Shown: positions 56,227 through 64,000 of the stretch, piece by piece | Layout: each line of letters opens with the position of its first letter | Position numbering within the stretch: the stretch's first letter is position 1 | The notes under the pieces: model-generated | Database searches by the model: none | Seen by the model: the letters and a program-made list of their open reading frames with translations, nothing else | What the model was told of the DNA's origin: nothing | NCBI GenBank assembly: GCA_045105235.1 | Contig: JBGCDH010000011.1 | Coordinates: 64,894 to 128,893 of the forward strand | DNA: 64,000 nt | Source of the DNA: Planctomycetota bacterium | GTDB lineage: Bacteria; Planctomycetota; UBA1135; UBA2386 | Reading direction: 5' to 3' | Translations under genes and position numbers: made by a program

Positions 56227-59190
56227 ATGCTAACGACAGCCTTCCTCCATCTCGCGCTGCTCACATCAGCGCCGCAAAACCCGCCCGGCAACATCCTCGT
56301 GATCGTGGCCGATGACCTAGGCATCGACCGCGTCAACTGCTACGGCGTGCACAACACGCCGCCCGCGCCAGGTGTTCCGATTTCGGCCATCCCCCCGCAC
56401 ACGCCTGTGCTAGACGGCCTCGCCGCTAGGGGGATCCGCTTCGAAAACGCGTGGTCCAACCCGATGTGCTCGCCGACACGCGCACTGATCCAAGCCGGTC
56501 GATACAGCCTCCGCACCGGCATTGGCGACTTTATCAGTCAGTTCGACGCCCAAGCCACCACCCTGGACACGGACGAGCACACGACCATTGCCGACGCCTT
56601 GGACGCGACGCACTTCTCCGGGCTTGTTGGAAAATGGCACCTCGCGGCTGAGCAGCCAGCAGACGCACACCTGATGCACCCACAACAGTCGGGTTGGGAC
56701 TACTTCGCCGGCTCGATGTTCAACCTGCTCGGGCAGAGTGGCTGCGGCGGCCCAAACCAAAACTATGACCGCTGGACCAAGGTGACATCGGCCGGCATGA
56801 ATCCGCCCGTCGAGACGCCTTGCCACCAGGTCTACGCAACGACCGACACAACGGACGAAGCCATCAACTTCATCCAATCTGCGGGCTCGCTGCCGTGGAT
56901 GTTGATGGTCAACTACAACGCGCCGCATACGCCACTGCACGTTCCCGACGGCAATTTCCACACCTACACCAACCTGAGCGCGTCTTCTTCAGACGCCTTG
57001 AAAGCGAAGGCAATGGGCGAAGCCGTCGATTTCCACATCGGCCTTCTACTGAGGAGCATTCCCGCTTCCACACTCGCCAACACCACCATCATCTTCACGG
57101 CTGACAACGGTACCGCGATACCAGCAGCCGAATACTTTCCCAGCTCACGCAGCAAAAGTACCGTGTACGAAGGTGGCGTCCGCGTGCCGATGATCGTCGT
57201 CAGCCCAGAGACCCCCGTAGCACAACACGGTTCGGTTAGCGCAGCACTTGTTAGTGCCGTGGACCTCTACGCAACGATTGCCGACCTCGGCGGAGCTGCA
57301 GTCGACACCCGCGACAGCGTCAGCATGAGGCCCTACTTCGTGGACCCGAGCACGCCCAGCATTCGCGACTATCTCTACGCCGAACGCTTCGCACCCAACG
57401 GACCAGCTCCGTTCGAACAGTGGCGGCGCGCCACCCGTGGCCCACGCTACAAGTATGTCCGCCTCGACGCCGAGCTCGAGAACTACACCGAAGAGTTCTA
57501 CGACGTCGAAAACGACATCCTTGAGCAAAACAACCTGCTCAACAATCCGAATGGCCTCGATGACCTGACCGAGCTGCCCGAGTTCATCCGACTCAAGCGC
57601 GTCATGGATTGCGAGATCCCGGATCTTGACCCGGCTTCCGTCGGAGAATGGCAACCAGCCGTTTCTCACGGCGGCACGTTTGGACCTGGCTTCAATGCCG
57701 TGCACCTTTCACTCATTCCGAAAGGTCACTACCGCGGTCACGTCCTCGCCTGGGACGTAAACTACGGGGCAACCGGCGGCCCGTGGGAACAGCGCTGGTC
57801 GATTGTGGACGTCGTTACCCAGCCACAACAGCCGACGTTTGTTGATCGTGTCTTGACCCTGCCCAACAACGGCGGCGATCTGTTCTGCGCTGGCCACGCC
57901 TGGAACGCGGACGGCAACCTGTTTGTGGCCGGCGGCACGTCGTTCTACACGAGCCCCACGCTGCCTCCCTTTGCCGGGGGCCAGCTAACCTACATGTGGG
58001 TTCCGCCACTGACCGCCGACACGTCATCGGCATGGGTTCAGCAAGCAGACATGCTGCGTGACCGGTGGTATCCCACGGTCAAGTCGCTCGACAAGGACAC
58101 CATGCTGGTCCTCGGTGGGCGTGCCCAAAACTGGACGTCGAACGACAACACCTACGAAGTCTTCGAAGTGTCAGGCGGCCTGACGGCTACCAACGAAGGC
58201 AACCTATACCCCGGCATCAACGTTCCGGCGATTCCGGCACAGCGCGGCTATCTCAACTTCTACCCGCGCATGACCACGCTGAAGAACGGCGACCTGTTCT
58301 TCTCTGGCTTCTCCAAGGTCTCCCACATTCTTGAGCACACCGGGGGCGGCGCCAACACGTGGGATGCAAAGGGCATTGGTGACGAAGACCGTGTCTACGG
58401 CACCAGCGTGCATCTCCCGAACCTCCCGATGTTTGGCGGTGAAGACGCCGTCCTCATGTTCGGCGGGCGCATCCCAGGCACCACGAACATCAGCCGCTCG
58501 ATCCAGCTGTCGCTCCCGGAGGTCAACAACGGCGCATGGCAGACGCTTGACCCGCTCATGAACGAACGCTGGCGCGGCAATGCGGTTGTCCTTCCCGATG
58601 CGCGCATCTTTGTCGTCGGCGGCGACCGCAACGCCTACCCCAACAACGACCACATCGATGAGGACCCGGTTTTCAACGGCCTGATGCTGACGCTCGGCGA
58701 AACCAGCCCGGGCAACTACAAGGTAGACAGGCAAGTGGTTGGCTGCTGCCTAGGTGGCCGGACCTACCACAGCACGACGCTGCTGATGCCCGACGCTTCG
58801 GTATTGATCGCAGGCGGAGACACGCGCGAGGTTGACTACCAGGTCTACAAACCGTCCTACCTAACGGACGGGAGCGAGCGCCCCGTGATCTCTACGGTCG
58901 ACGAAGTGCTGACCTACGACAGCAACTTCCTCGTTCGGCACGCGGCGCTAAGTAGCGGCGAGCCGGTCGACCGCGTCGTATTGATTCGTTCTGGAACGGT
59001 CACGCACCACACCGACCACGACCAGCGCTACTACCAGTGCGATATCGTCGCTCAAAACGGTCAGGCGGTGCTCGCCTCAATGCCGTCGAGCAGCAACGCA
59101 GAACGGCACGCATTGCCCGAGGGTTACTACATGCTGTTCCTGGTCAAGAACGGCACCCCCTCCGTCGCGCGCTGGGTGAAGGTTCAATAG
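56227..59190 (+). CDS. Fusion protein: formylglycine-type sulfatase (N-terminal) + galactose/glyoxal-oxidase-like kelch propeller with DUF1929-like C-terminus
   Basis: The sulfatase part has ILVIVADDLG and MCSPTRALIQAGR (C-x-P-x-R, Cys81). The oxidase-like part has FCAGHAW (Cys554), DRWYPT (Tyr615), RTYHSTTLLMPDASVLIAGGD, and TVTHHTDHDQRY. Confidence 0.8.
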   Translation: MLTTAFLHLALLTSAPQNPPGNILVIVADDLGIDRVNCYGVHNTPPAPGVPISAIPPHTPVLDGLAARGIRFENAWSNPMCSPTRALIQAGRYSLRTGIGDFISQFDAQATTLDTDEHTTIADALDATHFSGLVGKWHLAAEQPADAHLMHPQQSGWDYFAGSMFNLLGQSGCGGPNQNYDRWTKVTSAGMNPPVETPCHQVYATTDTTDEAINFIQSAGSLPWMLMVNYNAPHTPLHVPDGNFHTYTNLSASSSDALKAKAMGEAVDFHIGLLLRSIPASTLANTTIIFTADNGTAIPAAEYFPSSRSKSTVYEGGVRVPMIVVSPETPVAQHGSVSAALVSAVDLYATIADLGGAAVDTRDSVSMRPYFVDPSTPSIRDYLYAERFAPNGPAPFEQWRRATRGPRYKYVRLDAELENYTEEFYDVENDILEQNNLLNNPNGLDDLTELPEFIRLKRVMDCEIPDLDPASVGEWQPAVSHGGTFGPGFNAVHLSLIPKGHYRGHVLAWDVNYGATGGPWEQRWSIVDVVTQPQQPTFVDRVLTLPNNGGDLFCAGHAWNADGNLFVAGGTSFYTSPTLPPFAGGQLTYMWVPPLTADTSSAWVQQADMLRDRWYPTVKSLDKDTMLVLGGRAQNWTSNDNTYEVFEVSGGLTATNEGNLYPGINVPAIPAQRGYLNFYPRMTTLKNGDLFFSGFSKVSHILEHTGGGANTWDAKGIGDEDRVYGTSVHLPNLPMFGGEDAVLMFGGRIPGTTNISRSIQLSLPEVNNGAWQTLDPLMNERWRGNAVVLPDARIFVVGGDRNAYPNNDHIDEDPVFNGLMLTLGETSPGNYKVDRQVVGCCLGGRTYHSTTLLMPDASVLIAGGDTREVDYQVYKPSYLTDGSERPVISTVDEVLTYDSNFLVRHAALSSGEPVDRVVLIRSGTVTHHTDHDQRYYQCDIVAQNGQAVLASMPSSSNAERHALPEGYYMLFLVKNGTPSVARWVKVQ

Positions 59191-59238
59191 AACCGTCGCT
59201 CCGGTGGCCCCCGCTCGCTGCAGCCGGATCTCGCCCCA

Positions 59239-59362
59239 GTGTCGAGCGCCTGATATCGGGGGGGGCCTTCTGCGGGCGCGAAGACGCCCGTTACGGCGTT
59301 GCTGCTCCTTGGCAGGAAGGATGGAAGCCTGGAACATGCCCCGCCTACCAGGTGCACGACAC
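59239..59362. repeat. Palindromic intergenic element, copy 2, with its core inverted relative to copy 1
   Basis: Left end GTGTCGAGCGCCTGATATCGGGGGGGG. Right end CCCCGCCTACCAGGTGCACGACAC. The core at 59262-59313 matches the reverse complement of 28571-28620. Confidence 0.6.
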
Positions 59363-61179
59363 TAGCGAAACGCCGGCTGCAGCTCGAGCGGCACGCCACG
59401 CCTTCGAATGATCTCGCCGAGGGCGAGCACCCGGTCGGCGTCGTCGACCGAGGCTGCGTGGCACCACTCATAGACGGCGAGACGTGTCGTCCCTGGATCG
59501 TCTTCGGCCGTGATGGCGAGCGACATCCAGGCGCGCGCCGCCGCCGGGCCCCGATCGAGCAATGTTGCGACGCCACGCTGCCAAGCGCCCGCACGGAGAG
59601 CTGCGGCGGTTTCGGCCCAAGCAACCGACGAAGAAGCGGTCGGCGCCAACTCCAGGGCACAGCGGCTCTCTTCGTCGAGGTCCGCCATGATGCGCCGCCA
59701 GCGAATGGGCAGCTCGGCGATGGGGCCAAGCTCATCGATCGAGCCGCGAACCTCGTCATAGTGCCCGGCGTAGAAAGCCACCGCGATCCGCTCGAACGCC
59801 CAGTCGACGCGCCAGAAGTAGGCGCCAACGCCCGTGGCTGCCAAAAGTGCCAGAGCGATGCCGACGCGCACGCGGCGCGTGCCGCGATCGAAGCGCTGCC
59901 GAAAGCCGGCGTCGTTTTCGTAGCGCTCCATGACTTCGAGGCGCTTGCTCTCATCGGGGTGCACGCTGAAAGCTTTGGAACGGAGCGTTTTCGGCGGCGG
60001 CAACGCAATCTGCGACACCGTGCGAAGAGCGTCGCTGCACGGACCGGCGCCGAGCGCGCGCACCGATGCAACGTCGGCTTCGAATTCGAAACGACGTGCG
60101 AGCGTCCGCACCGCAAGCCATAGAGCGACCACGAAACCGACGAGAATCGCCGCCTGCGCGAGCACGTTGAGCTGATCCGCGTCGAGTAGCTGAAGCGGCG
60201 CAAACAGCATCAGCGGCATCAGAACCGCCAGCATCAGCAGGATGCCCGGGTGCCCCATGCGCGCATGGCCGACCTCGTGTGCGAGCACGCCCGTCAACGA
60301 ACGCACATCCAGCGTTGCCAGCAGTCCATCGGTCAAGCACAGCAAGCGACCGATCGGCAGCGGGCCGACCATCATCGCATTGATCGCGCGACGACCGGTG
60401 GGCAAGACGAACAAGCGGCGTTGCGAGAATCCGAACTCGCCGACGGCCCGACGCAGCACGCCGCCGCTCGGTTCGGGGATCGTGCGGTGCAAGCCGAATG
60501 CAAAACGAAACCAGAACGGCAAGACGGCGGCGGTCGCAAAGACGAACAGCACCATGCCACAGGTTCGCCCGGCCATCGTCGCGAGCACGGTTGCGTAGAG
60601 CTCGCGGTTCAAAGCAAGCACGTCGAGCGACAAACCAAGCAGCACGAGCGGCAGCAACATCAAGAGCGGCCAACCGAGGCGTAGACGGAACGACGGCCAG
60701 ACGTCGGCACGCCGCGGCAATAGCTGGGGGGAAATGCGATAGTCCGTTGGCGGCACGCCCGCCTCGAGCAGCGCATCGACCATGGTGGCAACCCACAGAC
60801 GCGGCAGCTCGCCGACGTAGAGCGGCGCCAGGTAGGCCAAGTAGCGAAGCGTGTGGCTGTTTGGAAACAGCCGCTCCACCGCTTCACCGTAGTGCCCAAA
60901 GGCAAACAGCGCGTGCAAGGACAGCGGCAGAGCCGCCATCGAGAGCCACTTCAGCGAGCGCGGCGGCGGCAGCGGCAGCAGCCGCTTTGAGCGCTGCCCC
61001 TGCACCAAACGCAAAACGATGGCGTTCTGCGCCAGCGTCACCAGCAGCCAAGGCACAACCAGCGTCAGCGACCACATCAAAACGCCATCCAGCGTGCTGG
61101 CGCCGGGCAACGAATGATCAAGTTCGCAGTGCGCCGCGACCGTCAACAGACCGAGCAAAAAAGCTATCGGAGGCGTCAC
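59362..61179 (-). CDS. Polytopic membrane M48-family (HtpX/Ste24-like) zinc metallopeptidase
   Basis: LAHEVGHARMGHP (HExxH) is followed by TM segments and FEFEADVASV (third ligand Glu region). The GTG start at 61179 lies 14 nt after the upstream stop. The track ORF (to 61299) overlaps the upstream gene. Confidence 0.8.
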   Translation of the reverse strand: MTPPIAFLLGLLTVAAHCELDHSLPGASTLDGVLMWSLTLVVPWLLVTLAQNAIVLRLVQGQRSKRLLPLPPPRSLKWLSMAALPLSLHALFAFGHYGEAVERLFPNSHTLRYLAYLAPLYVGELPRLWVATMVDALLEAGVPPTDYRISPQLLPRRADVWPSFRLRLGWPLLMLLPLVLLGLSLDVLALNRELYATVLATMAGRTCGMVLFVFATAAVLPFWFRFAFGLHRTIPEPSGGVLRRAVGEFGFSQRRLFVLPTGRRAINAMMVGPLPIGRLLCLTDGLLATLDVRSLTGVLAHEVGHARMGHPGILLMLAVLMPLMLFAPLQLLDADQLNVLAQAAILVGFVVALWLAVRTLARRFEFEADVASVRALGAGPCSDALRTVSQIALPPPKTLRSKAFSVHPDESKRLEVMERYENDAGFRQRFDRGTRRVRVGIALALLAATGVGAYFWRVDWAFERIAVAFYAGHYDEVRGSIDELGPIAELPIRWRRIMADLDEESRCALELAPTASSSVAWAETAAALRAGAWQRGVATLLDRGPAAARAWMSLAITAEDDPGTTRLAVYEWCHAASVDDADRVLALGEIIRRRGVPLELQPAFR

Positions 61180-61192
61180 CTTGCTTGCTCCG

Positions 61193-62302
61193 TCACCGCT
61201 TTCGCTTGTCGCCGCGACGGTCGACGTTCTTGCGGTTGGTCTGATCTTGAACTGAATCGTCGCGCTCTTTGCCAAAGGCCAAGCGCAGCACCCCGTCAAA
61301 TTCCTTCATCGCGCGCAGCGCCGCGATCTCAGGATCGAGCTCGAACAGCTTGCGTTCCAGGCGAAGCGACGAATCGAGGTCAGGCGATGACAGCAAGCTG
61401 GCGCACTTCTGCAGCGCCTTCATGCCGCGCTCGGTATCGCCTCGCAACGCATGCACGCAGGCCGCTGAATACCAAGCAACCGGGCGCAACAACACGCCCG
61501 AGCTCTTGGCCAACGCCTGCGCGGTTCGATGCGCGCCAGCCGCAGCCTTGTAGTCGCGCAACAGGTTGTAGTAGTCAGCCAGCTGCAGGGTCGCACCGAC
61601 GCGATCTTCGCCATCGCCATCCGCCGTGTTGGCCTGCAGCTCTTTGACAAACTGTTTGGCGAGGCGCGGCTTCCCCCAAGCGTGCAGCATCGCCGCCAGG
61701 GCGTAGCGCAAATCGAGGGGCTCACGCTCGTCCGCAGCAAGCTGGATCGCGGCGTCGAGCAAGCCTGTCGAAGGCGCACGCGGGTGAAGGTCGCGCAGCG
61801 GCGCGACAAGCTGGGTTCGATGCGTAAACGGATACCAAGCGGGTGTGTCGAGCAGCAGAGCGAAGAGCAGGTCGCCGGCAAACGGCTGCAGCTGCGTGAG
61901 CTCTCGGTGCTGGCCAACGAAGACCATGCCGCTGTCGCGCTGCTTGCGCAGGAAATCGAGAACAACCTGCTTGCCAAGCTCACGCAACGCCTTTTGACGC
62001 GGCTTCAGGTCGTCGACGTTGTCAGCGGTCCAAGCAACGTCGGCAACGAGTGGCGCAAGCAGCGGAAGGCCGATCTTTGGCCGCACGAGTATCGCATCGA
62101 CGGCTTCACCGGCCAGTTCCTCGTCTTGGTGGTCTGAGGCCAGCCATGTCTCGATGGCGGCAGCGATCTCTGCCGGCGGCGGCACAGCAGGCGGCCCCTC
62201 GACGCGCTGCGCCAGCGTCGCCTGGCCAAGCCAAAGCGGCAGCGCAACCGACATCGACAACCTGGCGGCGCATCCAATCCTGGACGATGCGAACGAACCC
62301 AT
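61193..62302 (-). CDS. Secreted helical-repeat (TPR-like) hypothetical protein
   Basis: Signal-like N-terminus (LSMSVALPLWLGQATLAQ) and a helical Ala/Leu-rich body. No specific motif recognised. Confidence 0.5.
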   Translation of the reverse strand: MGSFASSRIGCAARLSMSVALPLWLGQATLAQRVEGPPAVPPPAEIAAAIETWLASDHQDEELAGEAVDAILVRPKIGLPLLAPLVADVAWTADNVDDLKPRQKALRELGKQVVLDFLRKQRDSGMVFVGQHRELTQLQPFAGDLLFALLLDTPAWYPFTHRTQLVAPLRDLHPRAPSTGLLDAAIQLAADEREPLDLRYALAAMLHAWGKPRLAKQFVKELQANTADGDGEDRVGATLQLADYYNLLRDYKAAAGAHRTAQALAKSSGVLLRPVAWYSAACVHALRGDTERGMKALQKCASLLSSPDLDSSLRLERKLFELDPEIAALRAMKEFDGVLRLAFGKERDDSVQDQTNRKNVDRRGDKRKR

Positions 62303-62407
62303 ACGTTACTTGTAGCCCGCAAAGGACTTGGACAACAGCCCCGGAGCCTGGCTCGGTCCATGCCATGGGCACGATCTAGCCGTCGAAGTCACCAACCACC
62401 AAAGCGA

Positions 62408-63055
62408 TCAGATCGCCTTTAGCGCCGCCTCGAACGCCTGCGCCGAAACGCCATCTTTGGAGCCATCCCCCGAGCCATCGACGGCAACCAGCGAGACGCA
62501 AGGGGCATCGCCATCGTTGGCAAGCTCATCGCGCAAAGCTTCGGCATAGCTGCGCAGGCCGGACAGGCTCGCCCGAGTGCTCGCCGAGGCGCGCAGCCAT
62601 GCATCCCCGTCCTCCGCGGCGACGAGAAACTGCAGCCTCCCGGCGCGTGCACGGCGAAACGACGGCAGCAAGGCGCGCGCGAGCGTGGCGTTGCCAAACA
62701 GGTTGGCATCGAGCAGCTCTTCGAGGTCCGCAGCGGGCTCCTTGCCGGCTTGGGCGTTGTGCCAAAGCCGCGAAGCAGCCACATAGTCCGTCACGGTCCC
62801 CAGTGCATCCCGGCTGCCCTTGACGAACCCAGCCGCGGCCTGCGCGTCGCGCGGAGCCACAACTGAAGCGAGCAAACGATCGCAGGCCGCAGCCCCGAGA
62901 TCATCGCGCAGTTGCTCCTGGAGTTTTTCAACCTGCCAGGCGCGCGCAACGGCGGCCGCGACGCGAGCCCCGCGATCTAGCAGCGAGCGCGCGACTGCGC
63001 GGCCAAGCTCGCCGCTGGCGCCGGCCAGCAGGACGACCGCATCCGATGAAATCAT
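62408..63055 (-). CDS. Atypical short-chain dehydrogenase/reductase-like NAD(P)-binding protein
   Basis: The N-terminal VVLLAGASGELGRAVARSLLDRGARV matches the Rossmann GxxGxxG region. No clear YxxxK motif. Start chosen at MISSDA; the track start is 63142. Confidence 0.5.
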   Translation of the reverse strand: MISSDAVVLLAGASGELGRAVARSLLDRGARVAAAVARAWQVEKLQEQLRDDLGAAACDRLLASVVAPRDAQAAAGFVKGSRDALGTVTDYVAASRLWHNAQAGKEPAADLEELLDANLFGNATLARALLPSFRRARAGRLQFLVAAEDGDAWLRASASTRASLSGLRSYAEALRDELANDGDAPCVSLVAVDGSGDGSKDGVSAQAFEAALKAI

Positions 63056-63083
63056 CGCGCTTTCCCTCCCTGCTTGGCGTCGA

Positions 63084-63653
63084 TCAGAACGAAACCTTGA
63101 CCGACTTGCGCTCTTCGGGCGAATCCACTTCGAAGAACTCACCCTGCTTGAAGTTGAACATGCCGGCGAGAATGCTCGCCGGGAACTGCTCGATGCCGTT
63201 GTTCATCTTCATGACGGAGTCGTTGTAGGCCTGGCGCGAGAACCCGATCCGGTTTTCGGTCGACGTCAGCTCTTCCTGGAGCTGCAGCATGTTTTGGTTG
63301 GCCTTCAGATCCGGGTAGCCCTCGGCAACTGCAAACAGGCGACCGAGCGATTGCGTCAACGGGCCTTCGGCCTGCATCAGCTCCCCGATTTCACCAGCGT
63401 TGCGCAGATCCACCGCCTGCTGGCGCGCCTTGATGACGCCTTCGAGCGTTTCCTGCTCGTGCTTCATGTAACCCTTGACCGTTTCCACGAGGTTCGGAAT
63501 CAGGTCGTAGCGACGCTTGAGCTGCACGTCGATCTGGCTCCACGCGTTCTTCGCTTCGTTGCGTCGGCTAACCAACCCGTTGTAGATCGAGATCAGAACG
63601 AAGATCAGGATGACGACGAGCGCGAGAGGGATGATCCAAGCAAGGTGTTCCAC
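63084..63653 (-). CDS. lemA: LemA family protein
   Basis: N-terminal TM helix, then YNGLVSRRNEAKNAWSQIDVQLKRRYDLIPNLVETVKGY...GYPDLKANQNMLQLQEEL...TENRIGFSRQAYNDSV is a near-consensus LemA sequence. Confidence 0.9.
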   Translation of the reverse strand: MEHLAWIIPLALVVILIFVLISIYNGLVSRRNEAKNAWSQIDVQLKRRYDLIPNLVETVKGYMKHEQETLEGVIKARQQAVDLRNAGEIGELMQAEGPLTQSLGRLFAVAEGYPDLKANQNMLQLQEELTSTENRIGFSRQAYNDSVMKMNNGIEQFPASILAGMFNFKQGEFFEVDSPEERKSVKVSF

Positions 63654-63731
63654 GGGCAGTTTCTCGAGTTTTGCAGAATAGCGAGAGCGACAGCAACCGC
63701 CGCAGCTGACGCAACGGACTGCCTACGAAAA

Positions 63732-64000
63732 TCAGGCGGACTCGATACCGACGGGGATCTCGATCTCGCCGGTAAAGACGGTACGGGCCGGCCCCTCGAT
63801 CGCAAGGGATGGACCGCAACCAAGCACAGCAAGCGTGCCGCCGCGCAGCTCAACCTGCGCCGTATCCCCCTCAATATCACCATTCTGCCGGGCCGCGAGC
63901 GCCACGACGGCGGCGCCCGTCCCGCAGGCAAGGGTCTCTCCGCTGCCGCGCTCAAACGTACGCTGACGCACCCGGTCGCGCCCGAGGACCTGCACAAACT
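63732..64000 (-). CDS. dapF: Diaminopimelate epimerase, C-terminal part (5' end beyond the window)
   Basis: FERGSGETLACGTGAAVVALAA (second active-site Cys motif), then VELRGGTL...IEGPARTVFTGEI. Confidence 0.8.
   Translation of the reverse strand, partial: FVQVLGRDRVRQRTFERGSGETLACGTGAAVVALAARQNGDIEGDTAQVELRGGTLAVLGCGPSLAIEGPARTVFTGEIEIPVGIESA

Overview
High-GC chromosomal window, well above 60% GC by eye, densely coded. It has many long antisense shadow ORFs, which I did not call. I found no rRNA, CRISPR array, transposase, integrase or phage genes. The gene content hints at a Planctomycetota-like or related lineage: secreted sulfatase, HEAT/PQQ propellers, prenyltransferase-like secreted proteins, a BatA/VWA cluster and ECF sigma factors. 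Taxonomy cannot be established from this window.

Left third (1-25 kb): housekeeping and regulatory genes. These are gyrA (5' part), a CinA-like gene, mutY, fabI, a cysteine-synthase-like gene translationally coupled to a solitary MoxR ATPase, cyaY, a histidine kinase, an RluA-family synthase, a degenerate NtrC-like regulator, an ECF sigma/anti-sigma/secreted-partner operon, tRNA-Arg(CCG), an M61 peptidase, a CDGSH protein, lexA, a hemerythrin-like gene, a DnaQ-like exonuclease and a thioesterase.

Middle (25-32 kb): an FG-GAP protein, a GluR0-type ligand-gated K+ channel, and a FecCD/BtuCDF-type ABC importer.

Most notable region (32.2-53.4 kb): a roughly 21-kb train of 13 minus-strand envelope genes with several overlapping start/stop junctions. 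It contains a PQQ/TPR protein, two tandem prenyltransferase-like alpha/alpha-toroid paralogs, BatA-N+VWA, VWA, a large membrane protein, a coiled-coil repeat protein, two small or secreted proteins, an NPCBM protein, one active HtrA and two HtrA pseudoproteases. It has no MoxR or DUF58 of its own. I regard it as the best candidate for an uncharacterised system.

Right end: a HEAT+beta-propeller protein, a sulfatase fused to a copper-radical-oxidase-like domain, an M48 peptidase, LemA and the dapF 3' end.

Other sequence-level observations: a palindromic intergenic element present twice, each copy abutting a stop codon. There are many 15-21-bp in-frame tandem duplications. An 18-bp repeat carries the stop codon of one gene. 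There is a near-consensus sigma-54 promoter. A structured, terminator-capped non-coding segment follows moxR.
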